Positions 14,235 through 21,614 of a DNA stretch of 28,096 bases are shown here, piece by piece. The stretch spans positions 1-28,096 of the forward strand of contig CAZQZX010000067.1 of the NCBI GenBank assembly GCA_964597885.1, given 5' to 3'. The number at the start of each line of letters is the position of its first letter. The first letter of the stretch is position 1. The stretch comes from an uncultured Planctomycetota bacterium. Lineage in GTDB: Bacteria > Planctomycetota > JACOTG01 > JAUIME01. The notes below the pieces were generated by a model that was not told the origin of the DNA, searched no databases, and saw nothing but the letters and a program-made list of their open reading frames with translations. Both the position numbers and the translations under genes were made by a program.

Positions 14235-17200
14235 TCATCGACCTTGGTGAAGCGCATGCACGGTGAGATGCATCTCGTGCTCGAGAGCGCGGCCCTTCGC
14301 GTCACGGATCGACCATGTCACGTGTGCTTGCATCGCAGGCGCGACGTCTTCGATTCGAAGACGCACCGTCTTCGCATCCGCCGCAAGCTCGACCGAATCG
14401 ATTCGCCATTCGGTACGCCGATCCTCTCGGCCGTCGAGGTCGTACGTCGCGGATCCATAGTCGGCCGTTCGGCGATAGTTCCACGCCAGAGCCGACCAGT
14501 TCCCGGGATCGCTCGCCGACGCCTCGTCGAGGCGATGGAGGAACGTCAGCGCGAGGCCGTCCGATGTCGCGCGAAGCGCGACCGGTACGTTGAGGCTCTC
14601 GGACCACGCATCGACGCGCGGTCGAATGCGGTAGAAGCCGCCCGGCGCGGTGCGATCGCTCGACCAGCCGAACAGTCCGCACACGTAGAGGTCGCCCGTC
14701 GCGGGATGGATCTTTCCCGCGAGCAGCCCCGTCGGGAACTGCAGCCCGAGCTTCACGATGCCGCCCTGCGCGATCGGCTCGCGGCCCTCGACCGGGACAT
14801 CGTCACGCAGCACGAGGTACACATCGCCCGTTCCGTACGACAGACCGAGAATCGATCCTTGGAGCGGCCCCCACGCCGGGTGATCGACGTACAGCTGCGA
14901 GGACGGAGAGCGATCGAACGTGGGATGCATCCAGCAGAGCGGCGGCTCGTACGGAGCATCGTCCGGCCACGGCTCCTGCACGCGCTCGCCGTCGCGCTCG
15001 ATGCGTCGCGTTCCGCCGCCGGCCGCCCAGCCGTTGCCGTAGAAACGCGGCGCCGCGCGCGCCCCCGAAGTCGGTCGAATCAGGTTGATGCGATTCGCCG
15101 GCGTCCAGTGTCCCTCCTGGTCGGAACCGAGCAGCGATCCGTCCGGAAGGATGCCGAGGCCGATCGGCGCACGGAATCCGCGCGCGACGACTTCCGATTC
15201 GGCCCCGTCTGAAGAAACTCGGATCACGGTGCCGTGATGATCGTGCGCCGCGAGCTTCGCGTGGCGCGCCGCCTTGTGATAGTAGAGACTCCCGTCCGGC
15301 GCGAAGAGCAGTCCCGATGCCGGCTCGTGGAAGTGCTCGCCGTTTCGGTTCGCGTTCGTGAAGCACTCGAGCGCGTCCGCCTCGCCGTCGCGGTTGCGAT
15401 CGACGAGCCGCGTGATCTGATCGCGACCGAGCACGAGCGCCTCGCCGCCTTCGCGCACGGCGACGCCGAAGGGCTGGTTGAGCCCCGTAGCGGTCCGCGT
15501 CCATCGAAGCTCGTTGAGGTCTTCGTCCAGACCGTCGACGCGCCAGACGTCTCCCGACCACGTCGCGATGAGCGCCGACGTCGGTCCACTCGCGCTCGCG
15601 TCGGGAATGAAGTCGAACGCACCGAATCGCAGCCACGAGTCGAACGGGTTCTCGGCCGGCCACGTGAGCTGATCGATGCGGAACGGTCGCGCCGCCCCGA
15701 CGGTTTCCTCGAGCGCGCGGCGCGTCCAGGCCTCGACCGTCGAGCGAGGACCGCGGCGACTCGAGATCGCGACCTCGACGTCCGCATCGGAGCGCGGCAG
15801 CGTGAGGACGGCCTTTGTCCCGTCGATCCGCACCGTCGCGGCCGCGCCGTTCGACGACGGGCCCTTAACGCCCTGACGCGACGCTTCGCGAACGATCCTC
15901 GCCTCGACGATCGGTTCTCCCGACATCGCCGCGACTCCGGCCATCGCCCCGTCGTCGACGCATGCGCCGAGCAACAGCAGACCGTCCATGTAGCCGCTGA
16001 ACCTCGACACCTCCGGGAAGTCCTCGTTCGTCCATCCGAATCGAGGGCGAAATGCAGAGCGACTCTCCTCCCGCCCGAACGGGAGCGCACGCGAGGCCAC
16101 GCGCGCGCCGTCGACGAACAGTCTCACCTCGCCGCTGTCGTGACGCCACGTCGCGGCGACATGGTGCCAGGATCCGTCGGCGATCTCCGGGCCTCCTTGA
16201 ACGACGCCGACCCAACCGACGTCGAAGGTGAGTTGCCCGCCCCGGAGGAACAGCGTGACGCCGTCCGGGCACCAGCTTCCTTCCGGAGGCGACACGGCGA
16301 ACACCGTCCCGTCGCTCGTCGTGTGGATCCAAGCGGCCACGGTCAGGTCCTGCTCGCCGAGATCGACGAGCTCGGTCTCGACCCAAGCCGCTGCCGTCCC
16401 GTCAAAGTCGAGCGACCGGCCCGTCACGCCTCGACGCCACGTCACGCCGTCGAGGCGCAGGTCGTCCCTGTCGCGGAAGGCATTTCGCTCGTACGCGCCG
16501 CTTCCGCGATCCGAAGGCCACCAGCCGATCGGGGAGGCTCGCGTGAGGTCGGGCGCAGACGCTCCGACGGACGAGAGCACCACCGCGGGCAATGGCTGCC
16601 TCGCCGTGGCCGGAGACGCATCGAGCAGCTCGACCGACGCGCCGCCGGACAGATCGATCTCTCGGGCGTCGGCCCCCGCAGCGTGCACGATGCGGCGCTC
16701 GTCGCGATCGTCGAACGTCATCCCGACGACGCCTCGCGTCACGAGCGGATCGCCCCACCGCGAACGCGCTCGCTCGATGGCGGTATGAATGTCGTCGCTC
16801 AGCGACGCAGGCGGGTCGGCAACCCCGGCGGCACCCACGCGCAGGTGGAACGCGCCACGTCGCGGCCCGCGCCAGGCGGACGCGCGGCCGAGAACAGGCA
16901 CGGCCTCCGCGTCGCCGAACGCACGAGTCGCACCGCGATCGTCCGACGCGGAAGTCATCGCGAAGATCGGCCCGGCGGATGAACCCTCCGACGACTTGCC
17001 GGCAGGCTCGACGGTGACCTCGCGCACGAACGCGAGCCCGTCCCCGGTGCGCTCCGCGAAGACGCGCTCGAAGATCGTGTACGCACCCTCGCCAACGGCG
17101 TACGAGAGGATGACGTCGTCGCCATCGAGGTGGAGGCCCGACCATCGGCCGAACGACGACGGGATCGGACCGAACGGCTCGTCGCGCGGATCTTCATCGA

Positions 17201-18632
17201 GACGGGAGACATCCGTCGGCGTGACACCGGGCAGCGCGTCCGCCCGCAGCAGCGGCTCGCCGCGAATGCGCGGAAACGTTCCATGCGGTCCGTCGAAGAC
17301 GATGCCGCGAAGCTCGAGCTCGCCGCGCCACACACATCGCCATGCGAGCAGGTCCGTGTCGAAGACGGCCTGAAGGTCCGTGGGCTCTCCGTCCGGGGTT
17401 CGCAGACGAAGAACGATGCCCTTGTGCACCGGCGGCAGGTCCGGCCCGATGCCGACCGCTGTCGACAGGAACGGGCCGTAGTCCATCCGCTCCCACGGAG
17501 CGTCGCCACCACCGAGCTCTTCGTCCTCCTCCTCCTCTTCGTCGAACGACGTCGTCGCGGGACGCGACTCACCCTCGGGCATCGCACGGTGCGGCCACGC
17601 CGGGGTGTCGGGAGGATCGTCGAGGAACGGGGACTCGCCGAGCGCGAAGTCCTCGGGCTTGAGCTCGAGCTCGGCAAACCACTCGTCCTCTTCGATGAAC
17701 CCGTAGAAGCTCGGATAGAACGGATCGACAAAGTCGACATTCGCGCGCGCCGGCACCTCGAGCCCGGTCAGGCTGTAGCACGCGTTCACGACGAGTCGAC
17801 GCAGCCCCTCGGAGACGAAGTCGACAGACGCTCCCGCCGTCGTGCAGAACGAACGCCCCGTCGTCCGACCGTTCGGCGCGGTGTACGTGTGGAGCCACGC
17901 GAGCGCCTGCATGGGATCGTTCTCTTCACCGGCGACGTTCGCCGAGTCCGGGTGAAGCGATTCGGTGACGGCGCCGCGCATCAGGATCGTGTCGGCATCC
18001 GTCAGGTTCTCGACGCCGTACACATCCGAAGGCGCAAAGACGTTGTCCACGCCGCGCAGGATCGGATGGTCGGCGTTCGCGGCTTCGATCACGCCCCGGC
18101 AACCTTCGAACTTGTGTCCACCGTGGTGGCGCACCCAGCGCTCGCCGAGGACGCGGATGCCGAAGTCACCGAAGGCGATCGCGTCCTTCCCGCTTCCGAA
18201 CCGACCACGTCCCGCGAAGGCGTGCGTCGCCGTGCGCAGTCCGATCACGGGCTTGCCGGCATCGAGGAAGCGCGTCACGTGCGCCGCAGCGGCCGCGTCC
18301 GGACGACGAAAGCGCGTGGCGATCACCATCAGCTCCGCGTCGTCGAGCGCCTCGAGACCGCGCAGCCCTTCCTGGTGGTTCGGATCGATGTAGTCGTCCG
18401 TCCACGAGAAGAGGACCGTGCAGTCGAAGCCGTGTCGCTCCGCCAGGATCTTGGCGAGCATCGGCATCGACTCCTCCGAGCGGTACTCCTCGTCGCCGGC
18501 CACGAGAACGATGCGCTTGCCGGAGCCGGGTCCGGGGCGGCCCTCGAAGGAAAGTCGATCGGCGGCGGTCGCTCGCGACGCCGAGAGGGCCTGGCAGACC
18601 AGGACGATGAGGATGCAGGAAAGGCTCTTCAG
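14235..18632 (-). CDS. giant secreted multidomain protein: signal peptide, ThuA-like (class-I glutamine-amidotransferase-like) domain, LamG/concanavalin-like domain, and glucose/sorbosone-dehydrogenase-like beta-propeller plus C-terminal domain. The conservative GTG start is at 18503; the probable start is further upstream.
   Basis: There is one continuous GC3-rich frame of about 4.4 kb. Upstream of the first GTG (18501-18503) the frame stays open back to a TAG and encodes a classic signal peptide (L)KSLSCILIVLVCQALSASRATAADRLSFEG. The only candidate initiator is CTG at 18630-18632, preceded by GGAGAC. LamG-like signatures appear in the middle (...WHHVAATWRHDSGEVRLFVDGARV...). SGDH/PQQ-propeller-like strings follow (GLNQPFGVAV..., LLFAPDGSLYY...). 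Confidence 0.7.
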   Translation of the reverse strand: MKSLSCILIVLVCQALSASRATAADRLSFEGRPGPGSGKRIVLVAGDEEYRSEESMPMLAKILAERHGFDCTVLFSWTDDYIDPNHQEGLRGLEALDDAELMVIATRFRRPDAAAAAHVTRFLDAGKPVIGLRTATHAFAGRGRFGSGKDAIAFGDFGIRVLGERWVRHHGGHKFEGCRGVIEAANADHPILRGVDNVFAPSDVYGVENLTDADTILMRGAVTESLHPDSANVAGEENDPMQALAWLHTYTAPNGRTTGRSFCTTAGASVDFVSEGLRRLVVNACYSLTGLEVPARANVDFVDPFYPSFYGFIEEDEWFAELELKPEDFALGESPFLDDPPDTPAWPHRAMPEGESRPATTSFDEEEEEDEELGGGDAPWERMDYGPFLSTAVGIGPDLPPVHKGIVLRLRTPDGEPTDLQAVFDTDLLAWRCVWRGELELRGIVFDGPHGTFPRIRGEPLLRADALPGVTPTDVSRLDEDPRDEPFGPIPSSFGRWSGLHLDGDDVILSYAVGEGAYTIFERVFAERTGDGLAFVREVTVEPAGKSSEGSSAGPIFAMTSASDDRGATRAFGDAEAVPVLGRASAWRGPRRGAFHLRVGAAGVADPPASLSDDIHTAIERARSRWGDPLVTRGVVGMTFDDRDERRIVHAAGADAREIDLSGGASVELLDASPATARQPLPAVVLSSVGASAPDLTRASPIGWWPSDRGSGAYERNAFRDRDDLRLDGVTWRRGVTGRSLDFDGTAAAWVETELVDLGEQDLTVAAWIHTTSDGTVFAVSPPEGSWCPDGVTLFLRGGQLTFDVGWVGVVQGGPEIADGSWHHVAATWRHDSGEVRLFVDGARVASRALPFGREESRSAFRPRFGWTNEDFPEVSRFSGYMDGLLLLGACVDDGAMAGVAAMSGEPIVEARIVREASRQGVKGPSSNGAAATVRIDGTKAVLTLPRSDADVEVAISSRRGPRSTVEAWTRRALEETVGAARPFRIDQLTWPAENPFDSWLRFGAFDFIPDASASGPTSALIATWSGDVWRVDGLDEDLNELRWTRTATGLNQPFGVAVREGGEALVLGRDQITRLVDRNRDGEADALECFTNANRNGEHFHEPASGLLFAPDGSLYYHKAARHAKLAAHDHHGTVIRVSSDGAESEVVARGFRAPIGLGILPDGSLLGSDQEGHWTPANRINLIRPTSGARAAPRFYGNGWAAGGGTRRIERDGERVQEPWPDDAPYEPPLCWMHPTFDRSPSSQLYVDHPAWGPLQGSILGLSYGTGDVYLVLRDDVPVEGREPIAQGGIVKLGLQFPTGLLAGKIHPATGDLYVCGLFGWSSDRTAPGGFYRIRPRVDAWSESLNVPVALRATSDGLALTFLHRLDEASASDPGNWSALAWNYRRTADYGSATYDLDGREDRRTEWRIDSVELAADAKTVRLRIEDVAPAMQAHVTWSIRDAKGRALEHEMHLTVHALHQGR

Positions 18633-18994
18633 GGGTCGGTCTCCGCGCTCGGGTCGGGGTTTGCCGGCATTCTAGCGCACGCGCGAATCCGGGATCGCCG
18701 ACACGCGAGAGAAAAAGATTCGGTTTCGTGTCACGAACCGCGTCCGCCCCATCCCCCCGTAGAGGGCCAGTTGCCTGGCCCTGCGCAGGAAGGAGATGGA
18801 TTCGATTGGCTGTCGAGTCCCATGGGCGACGCGACGGTGTCGCCAGTAGCCTCGCACCTTCGTAGGCGGCTCCCCTCTCTCGGGGGCCGCCTACGGAAGC
18901 GCCGCCGGACCGCACGTCCGGCACCTCCCGGCCGGCCCGGCCGGCCCGGCCCGTGATCCCGAACCCGTTTCTTCGCGCGCTCCATTGACGCCCC

Positions 18995-19045
18995 TCGAGC
19001 TTGTGATACACTTGTGTCTTATTTGAGACGATAAAACTCGCAAGC
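18995..19045 (+). promoter_or_regulatory. AT-rich candidate promoter/operator upstream of the tetR-family gene
   Basis: cttgtgatacacttgtgtcttatttgagacgataaaactcg is unusually AT-rich for this window. It has a TTGTGA -35-like hexamer and short dyads (ACACttGTGT; GTCTtatttgAGAC), and lies just upstream of the AGGAG RBS at 19047-19051. Confidence 0.3.
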
Positions 19046-19059
19046 CAGGAGTGAGCGTC

Positions 19060-19692
19060 ATGCCCGCCGGACGAAGCGAAAAATCCCGCAATGCCATCCT
19101 CGAGGCAGCCGCAGCGCTGTTCTCGCGGAATCCGGGGGCCTCGCTCTCGGAAGTGGCCGAGACGGCCGACGTGGGACGCGCCACCCTCCACCGGCACTTC
19201 GCCTCGCGAGAGGACCTGATCCGCACGCTGGCTCTCGACGCGCTCCGGCGTACCGACGAGGCCACCGAGCACATCGAGCGCGAAGCCAAGAGCGCCGTTC
19301 ACGCCATGCAGCTGATGATCGAAGCCGTGGTCCCGCTCGGCGATCACTTTCACTTCCTCGCCACCGAGCCCGCGGCGCAGCGCGACCCCGAGATCGAGGC
19401 CGTGTATCGCCGCCAGCTCGATGAGGTCGCGGAGCTCGTCGAAGCCATGCGCGGCGAGGGCGCCGTCGGACAGGACCTGCCGACACCGTGGGTCGCTGCA
19501 ACCATCGACGCACTCATCTACACCGCGTGGACCGCCGTCCGCGAGGGATCGATTGCGCGCAACGACGCCGCCACGCTCGTCTTTCGAACGCTCCTTTCGG
19601 GGATCGGGCCCGAGCCCGCCGCCGGATCGAGCGTCGCCCCGTCCGGGAGTCCGGGACGCACGACGAAGAAGAAGAGAGGAGACCAGTCATGA
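19060..19692 (+). CDS. TetR/AcrR-family transcriptional regulator
   Basis: The N-terminal HTH is NAILEAAAALFSRNPGASLSEVAETADVGRATLHRHF. AGGAG lies 8 nt upstream of the ATG at 19060; the track's GTG at 19051 is less likely. The stop overlaps the next gene's start (ATGA 19689-19692). Confidence 0.85.
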   Translation: MPAGRSEKSRNAILEAAAALFSRNPGASLSEVAETADVGRATLHRHFASREDLIRTLALDALRRTDEATEHIEREAKSAVHAMQLMIEAVVPLGDHFHFLATEPAAQRDPEIEAVYRRQLDEVAELVEAMRGEGAVGQDLPTPWVAATIDALIYTAWTAVREGSIARNDAATLVFRTLLSGIGPEPAAGSSVAPSGSPGRTTKKKRGDQS

Positions 19693-21614
19693 GATCCCCC
19701 ATCCGCCACGGCGCCATCCTTCTGTCGCTGCTCCTGCTCGTGTCCGTCGCAACGGCGACGGAGCCCGTCGAAGCCTCGCGCGTGCAGGACCTCCGCGCGC
19801 TCGATCTCGACGGCAAGATTCGCCGGCCCGGCACCGAGAACGGCGTTCGCCCGATCGCGCTCGTCTTCCTCGACACCGAATGCCCGATCTCGAATCGATA
19901 TCTCCCGCGGCTCGGTGAGATCGCGCAGGCTGCCGGCAAGCTCGAGGTCGACTTCTTCGGCGTGCTCTCCGATCCGAGCCTCTCGCGGGCGAAAGCTCTC
20001 GAGTACCGCAAGGAGTACGAGATCCGCTTCCCGATCCTCTTCGACACGACCGGCGAGATCGCCGCACGGCTCAAGCCGACGCACGTTCCGGAGGCGTTCG
20101 TGATCGACGCGCGCGATCGGGTGGCCTACCGCGGGCGCATCGACGATCAGTTCGCCGCGATCGGCCGGCCGCGCGCGAGGGTCAGCTCCCACGATCTGAA
20201 AACGGCGATCGAAGCCACGGCCGCCGGGCGTGATCCCGCGAGCCGACACGAGCCGCCGGTCGGATGCATCTTCGAAGCGTGGAACACGGCCGCCGAGGAA
20301 GCGAACGAGATCACCTACGCGCGCCACATCGCGCCGATCCTCGCGACGCAGTGCGTGGACTGCCACCGCCCCGGCGACATCGGCCCGTTCTCGCTCACGA
20401 CGTATGAGCAGGCCAGGCGCCGCGCCAAGATGATCGCCGCCGTCTGCGAGGATCGCGTGATGCCGCCCTGGCACGCCGAGCCCGGTGCGCACTCCTTCCG
20501 CGACGAGCGCATCCTCTCCGATCGCGAGATCGCGATGCTGCGGAGGTGGGCGGACCACGGTGCGCCGCGCGGCGATGAGGCCGACCTCGTCCGGGTTGCC
20601 GCATCCGAGAAGGATTCCGGCTGGCGACTCGGCAAGCCCGACCTCGTCCTGACGATGCCCGAGCCCTTCGAGGTGCCCGCGTCCGGCGAAGACATTTATC
20701 GCTACTTCGTGATCCCGAGCGGAGTCACGAAGGACCGCGCGGTCTCGGGCTTCGAGTTTCGACCCGGTGACGCCACCGTCGTCCATCACGCGATCGCGTT
20801 CGTCGACTACACCGGCACCGCGCGCAAGCTCGACGCCAAGGACCCCGCACCGGGCTTCACGATGTTCGGGAACACGAACGATCTCATGGAGATCGAGGAT
20901 CTCGGCGGCGTGGGCGGGTGGGCTCCCGGTTCGGAGCCGTACGAGCTTCCCGATGGCCTCGCGATGGAGCTGCGCGCCGGAGGCGACATCGTCCTCGAGG
21001 TGCACTATCACCTGAGCGGCAAGAAGACGACCGACCAGAGCACCGTCGCCCTGTTCTACTCCGAAGACCCGGACGTTCGATTCGTCGACACCGTGGTGAT
21101 CGGCACGCAGTACGTGGACATCAAGCCCGGGGACGACGCGTACCGGCGCTACGTCTACATGGACGTGCCGGTGGACATGCGAATCATCGACATCGGTCCG
21201 CACATGCACTTCATCGGGCGCGACGTCGAGGTGACGGTCACCTTCGCGGACGGAACGAAGCACTCGCTTCTGAGCGTGCCGCGATGGGACTTCCGCTGGC
21301 AGAGCGTCTACGTGTATCGCGAGCCCGTTCGCATCCCCGCCGGAAGCCGGATCGAGGCGACGTTCACGTTCGACAACTCGGCCGACAACCCGGCGAACCC
21401 GAGCTCACCACCCGGCCGCGTGCGATGGGGATGGGGCACGAAGGACGAGATGTGCGAGATCTACGTCACGATGCTGCCCGATGATCCGCGTCATGCCAGT
21501 CAGCTGGAGTGGGCGTCGTACGCGTCGTGGCTCCGTCCCGCGCAGCCGAAGAAGGACGACCGCGGTGCCGCGAGCTCAAGGCGCGCAGGGACTCCCGCTC
21601 CGGCAGGCGGTTGA
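19689..21614 (+). CDS. secreted three-domain redox protein: AhpC/TSA-redoxin-like domain, mono-heme cytochrome c (CVDCH) domain, and copper type II ascorbate-dependent monooxygenase (PHM/DBH)-like domain
   Basis: It has a signal peptide (MRSPIRHGAILLSLLLLVSVATA). The redoxin-like region has a single Cys (FLDTECPIS). A CXXCH motif, QCVDCH, lies at 20352-20366. Copper-site-like motifs follow in order: VVHHAIAF (HH), LEVHYH (H), GPHMHFIG (H-x-H) and KDEMCEIYVTM (the Met ligand in an EMC context, as in PHM DEMCNLY). Confidence 0.8.
   Translation: MRSPIRHGAILLSLLLLVSVATATEPVEASRVQDLRALDLDGKIRRPGTENGVRPIALVFLDTECPISNRYLPRLGEIAQAAGKLEVDFFGVLSDPSLSRAKALEYRKEYEIRFPILFDTTGEIAARLKPTHVPEAFVIDARDRVAYRGRIDDQFAAIGRPRARVSSHDLKTAIEATAAGRDPASRHEPPVGCIFEAWNTAAEEANEITYARHIAPILATQCVDCHRPGDIGPFSLTTYEQARRRAKMIAAVCEDRVMPPWHAEPGAHSFRDERILSDREIAMLRRWADHGAPRGDEADLVRVAASEKDSGWRLGKPDLVLTMPEPFEVPASGEDIYRYFVIPSGVTKDRAVSGFEFRPGDATVVHHAIAFVDYTGTARKLDAKDPAPGFTMFGNTNDLMEIEDLGGVGGWAPGSEPYELPDGLAMELRAGGDIVLEVHYHLSGKKTTDQSTVALFYSEDPDVRFVDTVVIGTQYVDIKPGDDAYRRYVYMDVPVDMRIIDIGPHMHFIGRDVEVTVTFADGTKHSLLSVPRWDFRWQSVYVYREPVRIPAGSRIEATFTFDNSADNPANPSSPPGRVRWGWGTKDEMCEIYVTMLPDDPRHASQLEWASYASWLRPAQPKKDDRGAASSRRAGTPAPAGG

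Noticed and set aside
13788-15212. 474-aa plus-strand ORF, together with 15234..16982 +, 17130..18956 + and 14803..15663 -, 15224..16090 -, 16402..17145 -
   Set aside because: All overlap the 4.4-kb giant minus-strand gene in other frames or on the other strand. Their amino-acid composition is skewed (R/A/P/G), unlike the coherent domain-containing giant frame.
18166-19353. 395-aa minus-strand ORF across the giant gene start and the tetR promoter region
   Set aside because: It overlaps the signal-peptide-encoding 5' end of the giant gene in another frame and runs through the AT-rich intergenic region. It has no RBS and is a shadow ORF.
19518-21263. 581-aa minus-strand ORF, together with 23919..26459 + (846 aa) and 9179..10609 - (476 aa)
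   Set aside because: They are antisense to the monooxygenase-fusion, RecD2 and decarboxylase genes respectively. The sense-strand genes have clear catalytic motifs, and these do not.
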